A DNA stretch of 36,110 nt from IMG/VR virus record IMGVR_UViG_3300031260_000061, positions 1 to 36,110 of that record. The stretch is one strand, 5' to 3'. Under the pieces are notes generated by a model that was given only the letters and a program-made list of their open reading frames with translations, was not told the DNA's origin and searched no databases. Below, one piece after another: positions 1 through 6,407 of this stretch. Position 1 is the first letter of the stretch, and every line of letters begins with the position of its first letter. Position numbers and translations under genes: made by a program. Source of the DNA: a virus. Taxonomy: Duplodnaviria; Caudoviricetes.

Positions 1-141
1 ATAGGATTTTCAAATGGGAAGGGCATTTCATCGACATGCTCGGCTACCGTACCCACAGGAACGGCAAGCAGGACCTGAGGAGAAACAACTATCTCATGAC
101 ACGTAGGCTTTGCGATAAGATAGACAATGGCCATATCACTC
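1..141. repeat. Terminal direct repeat, left copy (identical to 35970-36110); circular-assembly overlap
   Basis: ataggattttcaaatggg...ggccatatcactc read identically at both ends. The RT reading frame continues through the join. Confidence 0.97.
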
Positions 142-269
142 CAAAGAAAGCAAGGTCGCTCCTGTCGAGAAAAGGATTCTTCGAACACTCGGATTGCAGA
201 CGAATGTTCTCAAGGATACAGAACACCATATACGAAAACAACCTCAAGGAGGTAGCAAAATGCGGATGA
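1..269 (+). CDS. C-terminal part of DGR reverse transcriptase (continuation of ORF starting at 35198)
   Basis: The ORF-track frame 36..269 is in frame with the 35198 ATG after removing the 141-bp overlap. It contains the FIDMLGY motif typical of the RT C-terminal region. Confidence 0.93.
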   Translation, partial: RIFKWEGHFIDMLGYRTHRNGKQDLRRNNYLMTRRLCDKIDNGHITPKKARSLLSRKGFFEHSDCRRMFSRIQNTIYENNLKEVAKCG

Positions 270-595
270 CCGTGGACACGATGCAAACAGAATTTGTATT
301 CGGAAACGTAAGAGAGCTTCGAGGTAACTTCGAACCGGTAACCAGGGAAACCGACAATGGTCCTGTCACTGAGTATGAATGTGATTACTTCAGGACAACA
401 GGAAATGAAACTTTTGAGCTACTCTATGCAAGGCAAAGGATACCGGAGCTCAAGGATTTCCTTTATTCAACCGACTGGATCCATCTGAAATGTGCAGAAG
501 AAGGGCTGGATGTAAATACCAAATATCCAGAAATCGTTCAGCAAAGAATCGATACCAGGAATGAGATCAATGCACTTGAGGTAATTCTAGCGTAA
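260..595 (+). CDS. Small protein overlapping the RT stop; probable tail-fibre chaperone/assembly-type protein
   Basis: RBS aaggagg at 246-252 before ATG 260. The C-terminus ELKDFLYSTDWIHLKCAE...RNEINALE resembles proteins commonly found after tail fibres. Confidence 0.55.
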   Translation: MRMTVDTMQTEFVFGNVRELRGNFEPVTRETDNGPVTEYECDYFRTTGNETFELLYARQRIPELKDFLYSTDWIHLKCAEEGLDVNTKYPEIVQQRIDTRNEINALEVILA

Positions 596-690
596 TGAAT
601 GGAATGGGAAGAAATAGTGAGAGGCGACCTAGAAGCACGAGTGCTTGCGTTGGAGAGTGTATGAGAGTGAAACACTAGGAGGTGTTTAGG

Positions 691-954
691 ATGGAAAATT
701 TGATTTATTTGATTGCGATTTGTTTAGGATTCTTGATGAGGATCTACAAAAAGGGCCGAAAAGGAAAAGCTACTAAGGTTGAGATCATCTCTGTTGCCTT
801 AGCTCTATCTCTATTGCTGGCAGTAGGAAATCAAACCTTTGTAATGGGGTGGTCGGGGTGGTACTCCGTCGGACAAATGGGGTGGTCCTGGTTGATCATC
901 TTCATCTCTCAGGCAGGGGCTGACTTCCTCGCTCGACCGAAGAAGGAGTCATGA
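691..954 (+). CDS. Putative holin (small multi-TM membrane protein)
   Basis: RBS aggaggt before ATG 691; three hydrophobic stretches, a basic loop and a charged C-terminus; located at the end of the late operon. Confidence 0.55.
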   Translation: MENLIYLIAICLGFLMRIYKKGRKGKATKVEIISVALALSLLLAVGNQTFVMGWSGWYSVGQMGWSWLIIFISQAGADFLARPKKES

Positions 955-1478
955 TGTGCAGAAAATCACACTTTGGATCAAAGGCCATTGGTTTTATCTT
1001 GTTGCTGGTGCTCTTGTGCTCGGCTCCATTGCATTCGGAGGCAAGCGGCTCCTCGCTTCCCTCGCAGAATGGGCTCGAAAGCGTGCCGACAGAAGAATTG
1101 TGGGGGATGCTGTTTCAAGCCTTACAGCAGCAGGATCCTCAGTATCAGATGCTCAAGGAACAGCTGGAAACATCGCTGACGCAGTTGACGCTGGGTCAAC
1201 AGGGGTCGAAGACGCTCTTGGAACAGCTGCAAGCCTCGCAGACGGGCATCACACAATCACTGACATCGTTAGGGAGCTTGCCCGAAGATATGGCGTGGAT
1301 GCGCCAGCGGATTTCTGACCAGGATAAGACCATAGAAGTCCAAGCGTATATGCTCTATGGTTTAGTCGGAGCAGTAGCTGGAGGTGTTACCGGGTACTTG
1401 ATAGCTGGGCCGAAGGGAGCTGCATACGGGGTGATTCTCGGCGCTGGTGGTGGGATAGTAGTTAAAATATCATTATGA
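951..1478 (+). CDS. Spanin-like exported protein (signal peptide, Gln/Leu coiled coil, C-terminal glycine-zipper TM)
   Basis: RBS aaggag at 943-948; N-terminal hydrophobic segment; heptad-like middle region; C-terminal GLVGAVAGGVTG...GVILGAGGG. Confidence 0.5.
   Translation: MMCRKSHFGSKAIGFILLLVLLCSAPLHSEASGSSLPSQNGLESVPTEELWGMLFQALQQQDPQYQMLKEQLETSLTQLTLGQQGSKTLLEQLQASQTGITQSLTSLGSLPEDMAWMRQRISDQDKTIEVQAYMLYGLVGAVAGGVTGYLIAGPKGAAYGVILGAGGGIVVKISL
956..1318 (+). CDS. Nested out-of-frame membrane protein (N-terminal TM, Ala/Asp-rich tail), spanin-partner-like
   Basis: GTG 956 is well spaced from the same RBS; 120 open codons; clear TM segment FYLVAGALVLGSIAFGG flanked by basic residues. Confidence 0.45.
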   Translation: MQKITLWIKGHWFYLVAGALVLGSIAFGGKRLLASLAEWARKRADRRIVGDAVSSLTAAGSSVSDAQGTAGNIADAVDAGSTGVEDALGTAASLADGHHTITDIVRELARRYGVDAPADF

Positions 1479-1482
1479 TAAA

Positions 1483-1508
1483 AGCCCTCGGTGATAAAGC
1501 CGGGGGCT
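1483..1508. terminator. Probable bidirectional intrinsic terminator between late operon and integrase
   Basis: Stem agccctcgg/ccgggggct, with an A-tract on the left and gacttt on the right, between convergent genes. Confidence 0.65.
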
Positions 1509-1572
1509 GACTTTACAGAAGCAGCAGTTTCTTGTAAAAACTAAACGCAGTCAAGATTAGATGGTGTAAAAT

Positions 1573-2703
1573 TTATCCAACCACCTTAACCAGCTCATTC
1601 TGGACTCTGGCAACTATCTCCATATCGCTAGCCTTTAGATGAAGGTACCGCTCAGTCATATCCTCGCTTTCATGGCCTACGATCGCCCTGGTGATTTCTC
1701 CCTGTACTCCAGATGCAATAAGACGCGTGTTAAAAAAGTGACGCCAGGAGTGGAAACATAGATTGCGCTTCTCGTGATCGATCCCTAAGCTCTCCAGTCT
1801 CGCGTATAACCCATCAAGCAAGCTATCCGGTGACACCGGAGAAACCCCGTTATCAATAGAGAAAATGAAGCCTTCCTCCGGTGCCCAGTGAAGCAGCTCA
1901 TCCCTCAACTTGCCGGGGATTGGTATCTGTCTCTCTTTGTCCGCCTTGGTGGTCTTGGTCCCCACTGTGCGATCATACGAATGTGTGACTACTAGATGGT
2001 CATCTTTTACATCATCTTTTACCAGGGCGCGAATTTCACCTTGCCTCATACCTGTCACGGCGGAGAGATAAGATGCCAACCACGCAAGTTGATTGTCCCA
2101 GGCGTCCCTGTTCTCTAGGATACGCTTCGCTTCTTCAACAGTAAAGGTTCCCCGCTTCCTGTAATTGTCTGCCAACTTGTGCACCTTGAGAACGGGGTTA
2201 CTGGGAATCAATTCACGCTTCACAGCAACATCTAGCATGTCTTTAAGCATCCGTAACATCTTATTCGCCGTGCTGTTTGCTAAGGGAGGGTAGCGTTTAC
2301 CGTCAACAGTTCTTGGCTTGATAAGACCAAGGAGCCACCTGTTTACCATGTCCGGCGTGATGTCAGTAAGAAGGCAATCTCCGAAAGTCGGTAGGATATT
2401 TTTTCTCATGCTATGGCGATTATTGCGGCAAAGGGTCTGAGAAAATTTATAACCCCTCAGTATCTTATCAGTTACGATAGGGCATTTGCCCCAGATCCAG
2501 AATGGCTCAGCGAATTCCCGGAAAGTCATCTTGTCTTGTCGACCTGGTATGAGTGCATCCTCTTTAAGCAGTGCCATACAATACGCATTGGCAGCACTCT
2601 TATTTGTCTGCCCAGTGGAATACCTACGCCGCTTGCCTTGTTTGTCGTATGCGAGATAGTACCAGACGTCTCCTACCTTGGTTAATGTGTACGGTTGTCT
2701 CAT
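1573..2703 (-). CDS. int: Tyrosine recombinase (phage integrase)
   Basis: Catalytic set: TGMRQGEI (R), FHSWRH (HxxR), VGH, TERY (Y). N-terminal arm-binding-like domain; adjacent to attP. Confidence 0.96.
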   Translation of the reverse strand: MRQPYTLTKVGDVWYYLAYDKQGKRRRYSTGQTNKSAANAYCMALLKEDALIPGRQDKMTFREFAEPFWIWGKCPIVTDKILRGYKFSQTLCRNNRHSMRKNILPTFGDCLLTDITPDMVNRWLLGLIKPRTVDGKRYPPLANSTANKMLRMLKDMLDVAVKRELIPSNPVLKVHKLADNYRKRGTFTVEEAKRILENRDAWDNQLAWLASYLSAVTGMRQGEIRALVKDDVKDDHLVVTHSYDRTVGTKTTKADKERQIPIPGKLRDELLHWAPEEGFIFSIDNGVSPVSPDSLLDGLYARLESLGIDHEKRNLCFHSWRHFFNTRLIASGVQGEITRAIVGHESEDMTERYLHLKASDMEIVARVQNELVKVVG

Positions 2704-2715
2704 GTTTCCTCCCTT

Positions 2716-2735
2716 GTGCCGACTATAGTGCCGAC
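2716..2735 (+). promoter_or_regulatory. Putative integrase arm-type sites (2x GTGCCGAC, 12-bp spacing)
   Basis: gtgccgac at 2716 and 2728; the same GTGCCGA motif recurs on the other side of the att core. Confidence 0.6.
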
Positions 2736-2816
2736 CTTCTGCAATTACAAGGGATGGTTCTTTATAAAAAAGGAACCCTTCCCTGTTATTTCTATATACA
2801 GAAAAGGATTCCGACT

Positions 2817-2870
2817 TGCGGTAGACTGGACTTGAACCAGCACAAGATTTCTCCCACTAGCACCTCAAGC
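2817..2870 (-). other. attP core: 3' half of tRNA-Leu(GAG)
   Basis: The minus strand reads GC-TTGAGGT-GCTAG (anticodon loop, GAG), a long variable arm, GCTGG-TTCAAGT-CCAGT (T arm) and CTACCGC-A (acceptor 3' strand). No 5' half is present; it lies next to int. Confidence 0.88.
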
Positions 2871-2882
2871 CGATGTCCATCT

Positions 2883-2980
2883 GTATATCAGTGTATCTGT
2901 AAGTATCACACAGTATCATAAGTGGGTATGTTGAAAGGTTTTACTGTATCATACTGTATCTTTGTGTATCTAAAAGTATC
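2883..2980 (+). repeat. Two arrays of GTATC phased at exactly 10 bp (probable Xis/RDF binding sites)
   Basis: GTATC at 2893, 2903, 2913 (GTATA at 2883) and at 2946, 2956, 2966, 2976; located between the att core and the distal arm sites. Confidence 0.75.
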
Positions 2981-3548
2981 ATTGCAATTGTGCCGAGTTT
3001 TGTGCCGAGTTAGAGAAGGTGGATTCATACAATTCTTTGAACCCTGAGGTGTCTACAGTGAAGGAGTATGCCCTTTTATATGTGAGATTAATAGCAAATG
3101 AAGTCTCACCTACGACAGAGAGACTTTCAATCAGATCATTCCAGGCATTGCCAAATAGGTCATATCTGTTTGGGACCATTGGAGTAATCGTATTAGTATA
3201 AATATTTGCCATTCCGTCTTTAATTCGTAATTCATTTTCTCGGTACGGCCACTCGATGATCTTTCCTTCCTCGTACATTTCAATTGCAGCAATGCCTTTG
3301 CTGATTATTAGGTGTACCTCAACCGGCTTCCTCTTTGTGCTCAGCGACGATTCGGTAAGATTACCCTGAATCGGCTTCATTGTTGTTATATACCTCTCTT
3401 CTGTATCTTGTCCAAATTCATCAACAAAAGTCTTAACAGTCCATACAGGCTGATTTGATTGATCTATCTTCATATTCTCGGACAGCCCAGTTCCGAAAAC
3501 TAGGCAGGCAGAAGCTAGGACAAACACCACCATCACAAATTTTTTCAT
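2979..3548 (-). CDS. Exported/membrane-anchored protein in the lysogeny operon (possible superinfection exclusion or lysogenic conversion)
   Basis: MKKFVMVVFVLASACLVFG signal peptide; RBS aaggag upstream on the minus strand; sits between repressor and integrase. Confidence 0.6.
   Translation of the reverse strand: MKKFVMVVFVLASACLVFGTGLSENMKIDQSNQPVWTVKTFVDEFGQDTEERYITTMKPIQGNLTESSLSTKRKPVEVHLIISKGIAAIEMYEEGKIIEWPYRENELRIKDGMANIYTNTITPMVPNRYDLFGNAWNDLIESLSVVGETSFAINLTYKRAYSFTVDTSGFKELYESTFSNSAQNSAQLQ
2988..3011 (+). repeat. Perfect 12-bp tandem repeat TTGTGCCGAGTT x2; putative integrase arm-type sites
   Basis: Shares the GTGCCGA core and 12-bp spacing with 2716-2735; lies inside the 3' end of the upstream CDS. 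Confidence 0.7.
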
Positions 3549-3622
3549 TGTTAATCTCCTTTTAAGTTTCACACTTGTACATATAGTGATATCTTAACTA
3601 TGGGTTATTGGAAATGTCATCA

Positions 3623-4033
3623 CTATACCGGCAGTTTAATTTGTTTTCCTGTACTATCATAGGCAGGGATATTCCAAGATGTAAGCATACTTTTAAGTAA
3701 TCTAAGTTGAGAAGCATCGCATTGAACAACCCTCCATATAAGCCCTTTTAAATCAGCATCCGTTGAAAGGAGCTTGTACAACGGATCTGTATCTTCAAAA
3801 GTGCTTGCAATACTACCATATAACAGGTAGTCAAGTGAGACGTTCAAGGCGATTGCAATCTTTCCGGCGTTCTCCAGGCTGGGGAGCTCTGTTCTTGTGC
3901 GATTCGACATTATTGTCTTGTACGAGATACTCCATTCCTGACAAATGCTTTTAAACTTCATAGCATTCTGCTTTGCAACAACATTTACGCGATCCCAGAA
4001 CCTTTCGGGTGCCATATCGACTTTTGTTTTCAT
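3623..4033 (-). CDS. CI-like XRE-family HTH repressor
   Basis: ELPSLENAGKIAIALNVSLDYLLYG is a typical XRE HTH end; divergent from the early lytic operon; no S24 peptidase domain. Confidence 0.8.
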   Translation of the reverse strand: MKTKVDMAPERFWDRVNVVAKQNAMKFKSICQEWSISYKTIMSNRTRTELPSLENAGKIAIALNVSLDYLLYGSIASTFEDTDPLYKLLSTDADLKGLIWRVVQCDASQLRLLKSMLTSWNIPAYDSTGKQIKLPV

Positions 4034-4085
4034 AACATAAGTTTAACGCAATAACAAAACTTGTAAAGACGAGGCACGCTAAAAA

Positions 4086-4168
4086 ATACCGGAAAAATGG
4101 AACTTTTTTGTTGACAATACCGGAATTCCGGTCTAAAGTCGAAACATGAACAAAAATAACCGGAATAA
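4086..4168 (+). promoter_or_regulatory. Early lytic promoter (TTGACA 4111-4116, 17 bp, TAAAGT 4134-4139) with operator repeats
   Basis: Perfect palindrome ACCGGAATTCCGGT (4119-4132) in the spacer; additional ACCGGAA half-sites near 4088 and 4159. Confidence 0.8.
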
Positions 4169-4322
4169 CCAAACTTCACACATCGTCATACAAAGATTCT
4201 CCGAACAAGAGAAAGAGACCATAAAGAAGGCTATCAATAAAACATCGGTGCGCAGACCCATGTTCTACCACGATGCAATTATTGCATTTGCGACCTTCCT
4301 ACTGAGTGAGGATGCCCAATGA
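4146..4322 (+). CDS. 58-aa Cro-position regulator, possibly ribbon-helix-helix (not in ORF track)
   Basis: MNKNNRNNQTSHIVIQRFSEQEKETIKKAINKTSVRRPMFYHDAIIAFATFLLSEDAQ. The ATG sits at the predicted transcription start; its stop overlaps the next start (ATGA). Confidence 0.65.
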   Translation: MNKNNRNNQTSHIVIQRFSEQEKETIKKAINKTSVRRPMFYHDAIIAFATFLLSEDAQ

Positions 4323-4585
4323 CTCTACTTTCCCCCGTACAAGTAGCTGATTACCTCCAGCTCTCAGAGACGCAAGTAAGAAGGCTCCTGGCATCAAATG
4401 AAATCCCTCACTTTAAGATTGGGAGAGTGAATCGCGTCGACAAGGATGAACTCGACGCATGGCTTATGAATCGAAAACGGCGTAAGAACTCCATTAGGTC
4501 TTTGACATACAGAAAAGGTACTACCACTACCAAGGCTCCAGCCGGAGAGTCTTCCGGCCTATTAGACAATGAGGACCAAGCATGA
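4319..4585 (+). CDS. xis: Excisionase / MerR-like HTH_17 DNA-binding protein
   Basis: LLSPVQVADYLQLSETQVRRL...IPHFKIGRVNRVDKDELDAWL is a classic Xis-type winged HTH. Confidence 0.85.
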   Translation: MTLLSPVQVADYLQLSETQVRRLLASNEIPHFKIGRVNRVDKDELDAWLMNRKRRKNSIRSLTYRKGTTTTKAPAGESSGLLDNEDQA

Positions 4586-4728
4586 ATAGATTGCCAATCG
4601 TTCTGTTTCTGCTCTGGAACCGTAAGGACTACGGCTACAACTTCTACTGCGTATGCGGCCCCAGGAGAGACAGATTCACCCCTACCAATACAACGATGAA
4701 GCTGCTCAAGTGGCTACACCCCGCTTAG
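4582..4728 (+). CDS. 48-aa hypothetical protein (not in ORF track)
   Basis: ATGA overlap with the xis stop and upstream gagga; MNRLPIVLFLLWNRKDYGYNFYCVCG... Confidence 0.45.
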   Translation: MNRLPIVLFLLWNRKDYGYNFYCVCGPRRDRFTPTNTTMKLLKWLHPA

Positions 4729-4825
4729 CATCCACGCTGCCTGAAACAGGCTTCTTTGAGTCAAACAAAACTACATAGACATATCGGCAGTCCGGTTGCG
4801 GACACATATTTACTGGGCTGCCAAC

Positions 4826-4891
4826 GGGGCTATGGAAGGGAGTTGCTCCATCTCCCAAGGCCAAAGAGAGGTTCGAATCCTCTAAGCTCCA
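4826..4891 (+). ncRNA. D-armless tRNA-like element with Ala-type acceptor stem
   Basis: GGGGCT/AGCTCC-A acceptor with G3:U70 and discriminator A; perfect T arm AGAGG-TTCGAAT-CCTCT; a single hairpin GGGAG/CTCCC replaces the D and anticodon arms. Confidence 0.6.
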
Positions 4892-5006
4892 TACCCCGTA
4901 TGGGGGAATATCCAAAGACAGCCGGAAAGACGGCAGAAAATTAATTCACAATTCGTTTCTGGAAAACATTCTCGGTTACTTAGCCTGTGCGGTAGCCGGG
5001 GAACCT

Positions 5007-5141
5007 AGGGAAGTGGCGGAATTGGTAGACGCTACCAGTGTATGACTGAGGGAAAACCGTATAACGGACAACCCAACATTATACAGAATGTGTTGAATAA
5101 GAAGGTTCAGCAAAATGCAGGTTCGAATCCTGCCTTCCCTA
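5007..5141 (+). ncRNA. Expanded tRNA-like element (Leu-type D arm, ~66-nt extra region, degenerate anticodon arm)
   Basis: AGGGAAG/CTTCCCT-A acceptor; TG-GCG-GAATTGGTAGA-CGC D arm; GCAGG-TTCGAAT-CCTGC T arm; middle part non-canonical. Confidence 0.7.
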
Positions 5142-5301
5142 AAACCACTACTGCTTAGCCTGAGCGACAGTAAGGTTTCTCAAAAAGGGACAGGGTCCGA
5201 CTTTGACCCCATTGACTGGTTGGCCACCAGAAGAACCCGCAACGGCCATCAATTACAGTACAGCGACCTGTCACCGAGACAAACCGCTGAAAGGAGCAAC
5301 A

Positions 5302-5985
5302 ATGGCAATTAATCTAAAGAGCACGAGGGATGTGTCGTCTTCCGGCGTAAAGATCCTTGTGCATGGCATCAGTGGAGCAGGAAAGACCTCACTGATAAAG
5401 ACGCTTCCCCGTCCCCTGGTACTGAGTGCTGAGGCGGGACTACTGAGCTTACGCGGAGCAGATATCCCTTATATAGAGATACACAGCCTCGCAGAGCTGG
5501 GAGAAGCGTATGAGTATTTGTTTACCGAGGATGCGCGTAAGCAGTTCGAGAGCGTAGCGCTGGATTCAATCTCTGAGATCGCTGAGGTTGTGCTTAGCTA
5601 CGAAAAGAAGGTAGCAAAAGACCCCAGACAAGCCTATGGCGCCACCCAAGACCAGATGGCTGACCTTATCCGTAGCTTCCGCGATCTGGAAGGCTACAAC
5701 GTCTACTTCTCTGCTAAGACGGAGAAGGATAAGGATGAGACAGGCCGTATGCTCTGGGCCCCAATGATGCCAGGTAACAAGATGGGACAAGCGCTCCCTT
5801 ACTTCTTTGATGAGGTATTCGCTCTCCGTGTCGAGAAGGCTGAAGACGGAAAGACGTACCGCATGATCCAGACCGATACCGACGGTGAATGGTCCGCAAA
5901 GGACCGCAGCGGCAATCTGGAAATGTGGGAAGAGCCAGACCTCGGAGCAATTATCGAGAAAATCAAGGGGGATGTGAATGGCTAA
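5302..5985 (+). CDS. Sak4-like AAA ATPase / single-strand annealing recombinase
   Basis: Walker A GISGAGKT, VALDSISE, PYFFDEV, AKDRSG; RBS aaggag before ATG 5302; followed by an SSB-like gene. Confidence 0.8.
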   Translation: MAINLKSTRDVSSSGVKILVHGISGAGKTSLIKTLPRPLVLSAEAGLLSLRGADIPYIEIHSLAELGEAYEYLFTEDARKQFESVALDSISEIAEVVLSYEKKVAKDPRQAYGATQDQMADLIRSFRDLEGYNVYFSAKTEKDKDETGRMLWAPMMPGNKMGQALPYFFDEVFALRVEKAEDGKTYRMIQTDTDGEWSAKDRSGNLEMWEEPDLGAIIEKIKGDVNG

Positions 5986-6406
5986 AAAAGACGCTCTTAT
6001 GGTTAGTAACCCAGAAGCACTCAAAGAAGGAATGGCTGCATGGCTTGAAGCAAAAGAAGCTGAACAGGCTGCAATCAATCACCGCCGAGAGATTGAGGAT
6101 TATCTCACTCAGGTTATATTCTCTCTTCCTGAGGACTTTGAAGGGTCTCAGAGCCTTGGTTTGGATGAATACAAACTCACCGTTACTGGCCGTATGAATC
6201 GTAAGGTTGATGCTGACAGAGTGCAGAAGATCGCCCAGGAACATGGCCTTACTGCTGCCCTCGATGAGCTGTTCAACTGGAAGGCTGATATCCGTATCAC
6301 CGAATGGAAGAGAGCTGACCCTGTAATCACAGGAGCATTCAGCGAAGCTATCACCACAACGCCGGGAAGACCCAGCTACAAAATCGTAATCAAGGAGACC
6401 AAATAA
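5978..6406 (+). CDS. Hypothetical protein of the Sak4 recombination module
   Basis: Clean ORF coupled to both neighbours; N-terminal coiled coil. Confidence 0.7.
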   Translation: MAKKDALMVSNPEALKEGMAAWLEAKEAEQAAINHRREIEDYLTQVIFSLPEDFEGSQSLGLDEYKLTVTGRMNRKVDADRVQKIAQEHGLTAALDELFNWKADIRITEWKRADPVITGAFSEAITTTPGRPSYKIVIKETK

Positions 6407-6407
6407 T

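Noticed and set aside
1-141. Biological direct terminal repeat (T7-like ends)
   Set aside because: It falls mid-gene and matches a typical assembly overlap, and the HNH-terminase module points to cos-type packaging elsewhere.
36-269. Stand-alone 77-aa ORF
   Set aside because: It is the C-terminus of the RT split by the contig break.
599-664. 21-aa ORF MEWEEIVRGDLEARVLALESV
   Set aside because: Resembles a coiled-coil fragment of a fibre-associated gene but is too short and lacks a clear RBS; cannot be supported.
2817-2870. Functional phage tRNA-Leu gene
   Set aside because: Only the 3' half is present; the 5' acceptor strand and D arm are missing, as expected for an attP core.
2883-3011. 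CRISPR-like or mini-array interpretation of the short repeats
   Set aside because: Units are 5-12 bp with 10-12-bp period and no spacer-length unique sequence; they fit protein binding sites.
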